Assembly: GCF_006345805.1 (NCBI RefSeq)
Contig: NW_021833080.1
Location: 1-64,000, forward strand
Origin: Octopus sinensis
Lineage: Eukaryota
Reading direction: 5' to 3'
Length of the DNA: 64,000 bases
The notes under the pieces: model-generated
What the model saw: the letters and a program-made list of their open reading frames with translations, nothing else
What the model was told of the DNA's origin: nothing
The model's database searches: none
Shown: positions 54,892 through 64,000 of the stretch, in pieces
Numbering within the stretch: the stretch's first letter is position 1
Layout of the letters: the number at the start of each line of letters is the position of its first letter
Translations under genes and position numbers: made by a program

Positions 54892-54998
54892 TCTACGCTG
54901 AAGAGAAAAGAAGTTTCGGTAAGATAGAATTATTTAATATTTAATATTTAATTCTTATGCTTTCCTAAAAACTTGATTTCGAAACGTACGTCCGTAGA
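54892..54998 (+). ncRNA. Type I hammerhead ribozyme, inverted copy (predicted cut after C54992)
   Basis: Same as 53697-53803. Confidence 0.88.
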
Positions 54999-55311
54999 TA
55001 ACTAAAAAAATGTATGATAGATTGCAGTCAATTCATTCTCTCTTACCTGTTTGTGTCTGCCTTCCAAATGCTGTTTTTACTGAGATCTCCCTTTTTAGTA
55101 GAAGAAATAGCTATAACCCTTTGACTGCTATTTCTAAATTCGGTATGTGGAAGGCAATTCGTTGCTAAACCCTTATTGCTTAGTATATATATATATATAT
55201 GGACTGAACCCCGAACCATGGGCACGTGCCTTCTACTATAACTTCCGGCAGACCAAAGCCTTGTGAGTGGATTGGTAGACGAAAACTGAAAGAAGCCCGT
55301 CGTATATGTGT

Positions 55312-55355
<44 letters not shown>

Positions 55356-55599
55356 TTGTGTGTCTGTATGTGAATGCGTTTGTTTTTGCTTGCAATAACC
55401 GTTTCTTTTTGGTCAAACTATTGTATATCCAGCTGCTCCATATGCAAAGATACCAAGAATTGTTAAAGTTTAGTAAAACTGTTTTGTATAGTATGTTGAA
55501 TCTAATATTTCGTTTTCTGAAAAAGTTACATTTTGGACTTAGAACAATTTTGCATAACAGTAACGATATAACGATAAACGTCGCCCTTTTCAAGATTAG

Positions 55600-55885
55600 C
55601 CAGCCTCATGGGCCCGGTTTCCCGGTTTCTGTGGCGTATGTGTTCCCCCCAGCCTGACGAGACGCCAGTCCATCGCAGCGTTACTCAAGAAACAGGAAGA
55701 GAAAGTGTGAGAAAGATGTGGCGAAATAGTACAACAGGGGTCGCAACCACCCCCTGCCGGAGCCTCGTGGAACTTTTAGGTGTTTTCGCTAAATACACAC
55801 ACACAATGCCCGGTCTGGGAATCGAAACCCCGATCCTCCGTCGCGAGTCCGTGTCCTAGCCACTGGGCCATTGCGCCTCGACGGC
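55600..55885 (-). mobile_element. SINE family B variant
   Basis: B-type head on the minus strand ending at ..CCACTGGGCCATTGCGCCTC. Confidence 0.8.
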
Positions 55886-55887
55886 AA

Positions 55888-55988
<101 letters not shown>

Positions 55989-56453
55989 ATGTGTGTGTGT
56001 GTCTGTGCTTGTGAAAGTTTTGTATCTCTACCGTAAGGCTTCATTTCCACACACGCCAGCTGAATTCAATTCGTCCCCAGTCGAAAGACACCTGTTGTTA
56101 TGTCGTCTTATTATTAAATTATTTTTATTGTATTTTGTATTTATATTTGTGTAACATCTGTTTTTCCGTCCTTGTTTTCGTATACATTCGATGCTGTTTT
56201 CGAGAGAGTCTAATGATCGTAGCTTAGTTTTTCCCTGGAGCTGGCCAGATTGGAGCAATCTCAAGATTAATCAGCCGAAACTGCAAGGATGATCCGGGTC
56301 TTGACTGAGGATAAAAAGCTTCGTATGACCCGTCCTTGTTTTTTATATCGTCTATCTGGATGCTTTGTTGTCCCTTTTCCCTTTTGTATCGTCTAGTTGT
56401 CTGGAGGTTTAGCGTTCTTGTCCCATTTTGTAGGTATATATATATATAATATA

Positions 56454-56542
<89 letters not shown>

Positions 56543-56606
56543 GCACGCATATATATCTATATTTGTATGTTGGTATATATATAATGTATGCATGTGAGTT
56601 TGCACG

Positions 56607-56639
<33 letters not shown>

Positions 56640-56824
56640 GATACTATACATATACACACATACAAATGTATGTATGTGCACGCGTGTGTGTGTGTTCTTG
56701 TGTGGGTATATATACATATATATAATTACATATAATATATGCATATTCATGTATGTGCACACTTGTATACTACCTACCTACCTACCTACGTACCTACCTA
56801 TATACATATATATGTATGTGTATG

Positions 56825-56880
<56 letters not shown>

Positions 56881-57114
56881 ATATATATATCGACCTAGTA
56901 ACACAAAAAAATGTTTAAGGGCCTGTAGGATATAAGCAGATTACTGCAGACAAACAACATTGTTGTGTATGTCTATGCGTGTGTCTGCGTATACGTATGT
57001 GTGCGTGTGTGTTTGCGCGTGCGTGGGTCTGTCTTTGTCTGTCCCTCTGTTTGTGTGTCTATCCGTCTGTCTTTGTGTCTTATTATCTCCCTCAGACAGT
57101 GTTAAATCTAGCAA

Positions 57115-57515
57115 ATGATGATGTCGATGATGATGATGATAATAATGATGATGACGATGATAATGATAATAATGATGATGTTGATGATGATAATAATGAT
57201 GATGACGATGATGATGATAATAATGATGATGACGATGATAATGATAATAATGATGATGACGATGATGATAATGATGATGATAATGATGATGATGATAATA
57301 ATGATAATGATGATGATGACGATGATAATGATAATAATGATGATGATGATAATGATAATAATAATGATGATGACGATGATAATGATAATAATGATGATAA
57401 CGATGATAATGATAATAATGATGATGATGACGATGATGATGATAATAATGATGATGCCGATGATGATGATGATGATGATGATGAAGATAACAATTATAAT
57501 GATGATGGCGATGAA
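57115..57515. repeat. (GAT/AAT/GAC)n compound microsatellite
   Basis: Direct reading. Confidence 0.95.
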
Positions 57516-57679
57516 GATACATACGCATTCTCTCAGTCTCTGTTATACATATATATACACACATTCTCTCTCACACACACATGTATAGATCTGTATACAC
57601 ACACACACACAGACGCACACTAATACACCAGTACACACATACGTATACATTTATACACACACACACACACACCTATACT

Positions 57680-58070
57680 CTTTACTCTTTTCTCTTTTAC
57701 TTGTTTCAGTCATTTGACTGCGGCCATGCTGGAGCACCGCCTTTAGTCGAGCAAATCGACCCCGGGACTTATTCTTTGTAAGCCCAGTACTTATTCTATC
57801 GGTCTTTTTTGCCGAACCGCTAAGTGACGGGGACGTAAACACTCCAGCATCGGTTGTCAAGCAATGCTAGGGGGACAAACACAGACACACAAACACACAC
57901 ACATATATATATATACATATATACGACAGGCTTCTTTCAGTTTCCGTCTACCAAATCCACTCACAAGGCATTGGTCGGCCCGGGGCTATAGCAGAAGACA
58001 CTTGCCCAAGATGCCACGCAGTGGGACTGAACCCGGAACCATGTGGTTGTTTAGCAAGCTACTTACCACA
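57680..58070 (-). mobile_element. SINE family A
   Basis: Reverse complement of 6832-7235. Confidence 0.9.
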
Positions 58071-58377
58071 CACAAACAAACACAAGTATACATCTATACA
58101 CACACGTTTATAAGGGTAATGTTTATGCTGATGTTGTTGGTGATGATGTTGGTATCAATAACAATTATGTGCAGAACAATATCGATTGGTTCGATATGTA
58201 CCTGATCACAACAGAAGAAATCTTCAACAAGAAAAAAAATTCGCATCAATGGAGCGACATTTTCACAGACAGTTCCGAAGGATGAAATAAATTTCATTAC
58301 TTTCTCGAAGTATTTTGCGCTATATTTAAGAATTGCGTTGCTCCTTTTTTGGAATATATCTAGCATTTTCATCTGGG

Positions 58378-58760
58378 ATGGAAGCACTCCGTCGGTTACG
58401 TCGACAATGGTTCCGGTTGATCCGAATCAACGGAACAGCCTGCTCCTGAAATTAACGTGTATGTGGCTGAGCACTCCACAGACACGTGTACCCTCAACGT
58501 AGTTCTCGGGGATATTCAGCGTGACACAGAGAGTGACAAGGCCGGCCCTTTGAAATACAGGTACAACAGAAACAGGAAGTAAGAGTGAGAGAAAGTTGTG
58601 GTGAAAGAGTACAGCAGGGATCACCACCATCCCCTGCCGGAGCCTCGTGGAGCGTTAGGTGTTTTCGCTCAATAAACACTCACAACGCCCGGTCTGGGAA
58701 TCGAAACCGCGATCTTATGACCACGAGTCCGCTGCCCTAACCACTGGGCCATTGCGCTTC
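58378..58760 (-). mobile_element. SINE family B
   Basis: Reverse complement of 26668-27050. Confidence 0.92.
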
Positions 58761-58806
58761 CACAGCATTTTCATCTATGTTGATAACAACAACAATAACT
58801 CCAGTT

Positions 58807-59004
58807 CTACATTTAAGAGATGGCGAATTATGTACATTATTTACATTATTTACATTTGACGGATATTTGTCCTCATCTTGTTTGTTGTTAATATAGCGTT
58901 TCGGCTGATACACCCTCCAGCCTTCATCAGGTATCTTGGGGAAATTTCGAACCTGGGTTCTTATTCCTAAGGTATTTTTCGATGTTATCATTATTATTAT
59001 TATT

Positions 59005-59035
<31 letters not shown>

Positions 59036-59234
59036 TATTATTATTATTATTATTATTAATATTATTATTATTCATGTCACTGTTTGGAATCGAACACGGA
59101 ATCTTGGGAATGAGAAGCCAGGTTCGAAATTTCCCAAAGACACCTGATGAAGGCTGGATGGTACATTAGCCGAAACATTGTGTTAACAACAAAAAAGATG
59201 AGGACAAATACCCGTCAAATGTATATAATATAAG
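58807..59234. mobile_element. Penelope-like insertion: two divergent pLTR fragments around (ATT)n, each with a decayed minimal hammerhead (58890-58935 minus, 59139-59184 plus), with a 14-bp TSD
   Basis: GACAC-CTGATGA-AGGCT..AGCC-GAAAC-AT-T-GTGTT; direct repeat CAATAACTCCAGTT at 58793-58806 and 59235-59248. Confidence 0.8.
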
Positions 59235-59439
59235 CAATAACTCCAGTTACAACGGCTAAATGTCCTATTTACTCTAAAATTAAAGTTATCTTGTGTTGGT
59301 CAAGGTCAGAACGCTTTTCCTCGTAAGTCCACTTAATCAGGGTCTACATGAGTCTAAGAAAAAGAGAAAACAGTCACGATTTTAAAATAAGTTTTAAAAA
59401 GAAAAGACACTTTGAATGTATAGAAAGGGTGTCTAACAT

Positions 59440-60225
59440 CGAAACGAGGAAAGGCAAAGTCGATCTCGGCGCAATTTGAACTCAGAACGTAACGGCAGAT
59501 GAAATACGGCTACGCATTTCGTCCGACGCGCTAACGTTTCTGCCAGCTCGCCACCTTAGTAGAAAAGAATATTGACAAAGTTAAGGTGGCGATCTGGCAG
59601 AAACGTTCGCACGCCGGGCGAAATGCTTAGCAGTATTTCGTCTGCCGCTACGTTCTGAGTTCAAATTCCGCCGAAGTAGACTTTGCCTTTCTTCCTTTCG
59701 GGGTGAATAAATTAAGTACCAGGTACGCACTGGAGTCGATGTAATCAACTTAATCCGTTTGTCTGTCCTTGTTTGTCCTCTGTGTTTTTAGCCCCTTGTG
59801 GGTAGTAAAGAAATAGGTATCTCGTCTGCCCTTACGTTGTGAGTTCAAATTCGGCCGAGGTTGACTTTGCCTTTCATCCTTTCGGGGTCGATAAAATAAG
59901 TACCAATTACGCACTGGGTCGATATAATTGACTTAATCCGTTTGTCTGTCCTTGTTCGTCCTCTCTGTGTTTAGCTCCTTGTGGGTAGTAAAGAAATAGG
60001 TATTTCGTCTGTCTTTACCTTCTTAGTTCAAATTCCGCCGAGGTCGACCGTGCCTTTTATCATTTTGGGGTCGGTAAATTAAGTACCAGCTGCATCCTGG
60101 GGTCGATCTAATGAACTGGACCCCTCCCCAAAAATTTCGGGCTTTGTGCCTAGAGTAGAAAAAATATTCTATTCTACTCAGGCGGCGAGCTGGCAAAAAC
60201 TTGTGGGTAGTAAAGAAATAGATAA
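59440..60225. mobile_element. SINE family C cluster (minus copy 59440-59560, plus trimer from 59585)
   Basis: Family C head and units. Confidence 0.85.
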
Positions 60226-60981
60226 TTTAATGACATAAATTTATCATTATTAAACTGGTGCTAAGCACATAAATGAACGTGACATTTTGGTGAAAGTTTC
60301 TAATTCAGATAATTTTGAAACGATATTCTATGGAACTGAGATTTTTTCTTGTTGAAGTTTTCTTCTGTTGTGATCAGGTACATATCGAACCAATCGATAT
60401 TGTTCTGCACATAATTATTATTGATACCAACATCATCACCAACAACATCAGCATAAACATTACCCTAATAAACGTGTGTGTATAGATGTATACTTATTTT
60501 ATCGACCCCGAAAGGATGAAAGGCAAAGTGGACCTAGGCCGAATTTGAATTCACAACGTAACGGCAGACGAAATACCTATTTCTTTACTACCCACAAGGG
60601 GCTAAACACAGAGAGGACAAACAAGGACAGCAAAAAAGTTGTAGGCATTTCCCTTAAAGTTATGAAGGCAGGGTTAAAATAATAAAAAATAGGGTTGCAA
60701 GACAAAGTGCTTCAATTTGATCATTTTCTGCAAGGAATTGGTTCAAATAATTAAACTTATCTTCATTTGTTCTCGAAACGTAGTGAAAATGTTGGGCTTA
60801 TGAATATACGTTTAGTGTTTCGTTTCCTAGAGTGGATGGCGCGTTTAGTCGTAGAGTAAAGTTTCCTTTAACGTTGGTTGTTGAAGTTTATATCAGCCGA
60901 AAAGGTGTACCAGATTGCTGCCGGTGTATCTCATATTCTCCCTCACTCTTTGTCTCTAGCTATTATACCTTCGATATTCAA

Positions 60982-61358
60982 AGGCGCAATGGCCCAGTGT
61001 TTAGGGCAGCGGACTCGCGGTCGTAGGATCGCGGTTTCGATTCCCAGATCGGGCGTTGTGAGTGTTTATTGAGCGAAAACATCTAAAGCTCCACGAGGCT
61101 CCGGCAGGGATGGTGGTGATCCCTGCTGTACTCTTTCACCACAACTTTCTCTCACTCTTACTTCCTGTTTCTGTTGTACCTGTATTTCAAAGGGCCGGCC
61201 TTGTCACTCTCTGTGTCACGCTGAATATCCCCGAGAACTACGTTAAGAGTACACGTGTCTGTGGAGTGCTCAGCCACTTACACGTTAATTCCACGAGCAA
61301 GCTGTTCCGTTGATCGTATCAGCTGGGACCCTCATCGTCGTAACCGACGGAGTGCTCA
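60982..61358 (+). mobile_element. SINE family B
   Basis: Homologous to 26668-27050. Confidence 0.92.
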
Positions 61359-61972
61359 TAAGTATGTACCTAGAAAAAAAAACCAAACGAACAACAGAAG
61401 TACCAGGAACATTAATAAAGAATGGTAGATGTTACCTAGTGATATTCATCTGCGAGTGACGGTGACACATTTTTAAAATTATTTTTCCTTTCCTTGCACC
61501 AAATTCCTTACATGTTCAACTGGTACTTTATCGAACCTAAAATTATAAAAGACAAAGTGAAACTCGATGGAATTTGAACTCAGAACATAAATATGGACGA
61601 AATGCCGCTCAGCAGTTTTCCCGGTGGACTAAACATTCTGCCAGTTCGCCGCTTTGGTTGAATATAGTAATACTAACTTAACTATTATGTATTTGTCTGT
61701 CTGTCTGGCCTTCCCATCACTTAATTATTTGCAATTACTTTTCCTGTGGCCCAAACGTTAAACATATTAATACTAACTTTAACTATTAATATTTGTCTGT
61801 CTGTCTGTCACATTACATGATTAATTCTAGTTAATTTCCATTGCTCCATGTAGTATATTATTTCAAACTACGTCATTAGTCATTTGGTGGTCCCATTGTT
61901 TTCCCCAATTATTTGTAATTAACTTCTCAATACTCCAATCATTAAATATATTAATACTAACTTAACTATTAC

Positions 61973-62011
<39 letters not shown>

Positions 62012-63540
62012 CTATCTATCTATCTATCTATCTTCTATCTATCTATCTATCTGTCTGTCTGTCTGTCTGTCTGTCTGCTTGTCTGTCTATTTATCTATCT
62101 GTTTGTCTCTCTGTCTGTCAGTTCCTTTGCTCCATGCAATACATATATTAACGACAACTTACCTAGGGATATATAGAAATAGTTCATCCTTCTGAGTTTT
62201 TAAAGAACATTTATAAATTCGTCCATTTTGTTTTGTCTGTGAGACTAAACGAGAATCGATAAATGAGTCAATGAATACCAAATCAAACAATTTGAAGATA
62301 ATGATTTGAACATTTATCCCATTTAATACTATATAAAGGAATAGAGGAGGATCAACAGATTTAGTAAAACCCACGAACAAAATGCTTTGTAGTATATTAT
62401 TTGTTGTTTAAAAATTTATCCCGAACAATTGTAAATGTTCTTCAAAATATAACTGAAGAAAATAATTTTCATTTTAGATAGTTCTTGAAACAGCGATAGT
62501 TATTGAACATTTTTGGAAATGGTTAAGTGATTTATATACTTCTGATGAGAACCCAATAACGTTCGAAATAAATCGAATAAGGTTAATTTTTATGCTACCG
62601 AGATCGATTTTGCCTTTTTTCCGTTCGGTGTCGATGAAATAAGTACTAGTTGAGCACTCGGTCGATAATGTCGCCTCCCACCAAAATTTCGGTCGTTTTG
62701 TTTTTTGCCTATTCGTTGTTTCTGCCTATTTTTGCCTAAGGATAATTATTCAACATTTGGAACAGGTATGGGCAACCATTTTCGAGGAGCGGGCTGTATG
62801 GAAAATGGCTCATCTCTGTGTTTAGCCCCTTGTGGGCAGTAGAGAAAAAGGTATTTCCTTTGCCGCTACATTCTGAGTTCAAATATCACCGAGATTGACG
62901 TTGTCTTTCATCCTGTCGGAGTCGATAAAATAAGTACCATTTGAACACTGGGGTCGATGTAATCGACTTATCCGCTCCCCCAAAATCGTAGCAAAATTTG
63001 TAACGATTATTATAACTACTAATTTTTTAAGATGATCTTGCAAAATTGGTTAAGTGCTGGTCAAAATACTTTGTACTGTTATGTTAAATTGCCTTTTAAA
63101 ATTTAACCGTCTTTCCTCCTTGGAGACGATAAAACCGAGCGAAATTCGGTATATGATCGACTGCATCCATTCTCTCTAAAATTTTGAAGTTTTGTTTCTA
63201 TGTTAAACGCGATTATTATTATTTGGCATAATATTCCAAAAATTCCAGAATCTTTGGTTTGGAACCGCACCCTCAGAAATTGTGACTTCTGCTAAATCAA
63301 TCATCAATTAAGATTCAGGAAGTTGACAAGAATTTCGTCTTGGGACGCTACTTAATTGCATTAAAATAAATTTCGATAGAAATGACTGTTTCTCAGTGGG
63401 AAACCGTCTCCTTATATATTAGGAATAAATGAGAAATTCTAAAGATCTCCTGCATACATACATACATGCATGCATAGATTTGTTTGTATGTGTGCGTGTG
63501 TGTGTATATATATATAGGCATACAAAATACATACACACAT

Positions 63541-63596
<56 letters not shown>

Positions 63597-63682
63597 ACAT
63601 ATATATATATATGTATACATATATATATATATATATGTGTGTATGCGTATACATACATACTTATATATATATATAATGTGTG

Positions 63683-63723
<41 letters not shown>

Positions 63724-64000
63724 GGTCATATATTTATATACATTTACATATGTGTATATGAGCTTACATGTCTGTGGGTAGGTGTGTGTATGTGCGTATG
63801 TGTGTATGTACAAATATCTCAGAGGCAAAAACCATTAGAATCCAACTTGAATTAGCCATTCCGTCCTTAACATACATCACATTTCTGTGTGAGGTTTTGC
63901 AAATGATAAACGTATATACATCTTGTTACTAGCACTTTTACTTCTAGGCTCTCTCAGCCGGGTCACACAGAGCAACAGAATCACACATACACTTGCACAT

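Larger units (their letters stand above)
49312..55186. mobile_element. Tandem array of a ~596-bp hammerhead-containing monomer (retrozyme / Penelope-pLTR-like): ~6.5 copies then ~3.3 inverted copies
   Basis: TAATGAAGGGTG restarts at 49312, 49905, 50502, 51100, 51697, 52291 and 52885; inversion at 53187-53190; (TA)n at both ends; no coding ORF. Confidence 0.95.
58085..60492. repeat. Inverted pair of a ~155-bp segment (58085-58240 and 60343-60492)
   Basis: GGTAATGTTTATGCTGATG..CACAACAGAAGAA appears on the plus strand at 58.1 kb and on the minus strand at 60.4 kb with few substitutions. Confidence 0.9.

Noticed and set aside
49312-55186. CRISPR or classical short satellite interpretation of the array
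   Set aside because: There are no unique spacers and the context is eukaryotic; the units are uniform ~596-bp monomers.
62159-62380. 73-aa minus ORF ending at a GTAAGT donor (alternatively MNYFYISL as a first exon)
   Set aside because: The donor is plausible, but frame and partner exon cannot be established from sequence alone.

Overview
Eukaryotic, AT-rich, repeat-dominated DNA, almost certainly cephalopod (Octopus-like). That assignment is inferred from recalled tRNA-derived SINE families and dense (TA)n/(CA)n/trinucleotide tracts. No intact long protein-coding ORF is present; nearly all ORFs in the supplied track are microsatellite or SINE read-throughs. The standout feature is a 5.9-kb array (49312-55186) of a ~596-bp monomer. 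Each monomer carries a complete type I hammerhead ribozyme core (TCTACG-CTGAAGA-stem II-GAAA-CG TA CG-TC-CGTAGA). About 6.5 copies lie in one orientation, then the array folds back at 53187-53190 into ~3.3 inverted copies, all inserted between (TA)n tracts. This is a retrozyme / Penelope-pLTR-like architecture. Other decayed hammerhead-bearing repeats occur at ~43.0, 44.6/45.5 and 58.8-59.2 kb. Also present: two diverged copies of a microexon + short intron + terminal exon module on the minus strand (3.3 and 6.0 kb, unidentified protein C-terminus), a mitochondrial 16S NUMT split by a SINE, fossils of R4/Dong-like, RTE-like, mariner and possibly Tc1 and L1/Tx1 elements, a Helitron-like non-autonomous element, and several foldback/tandem duplications. 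Some of those duplications may be long-read assembly artefacts. Coordinates of degenerate repeats are approximate.
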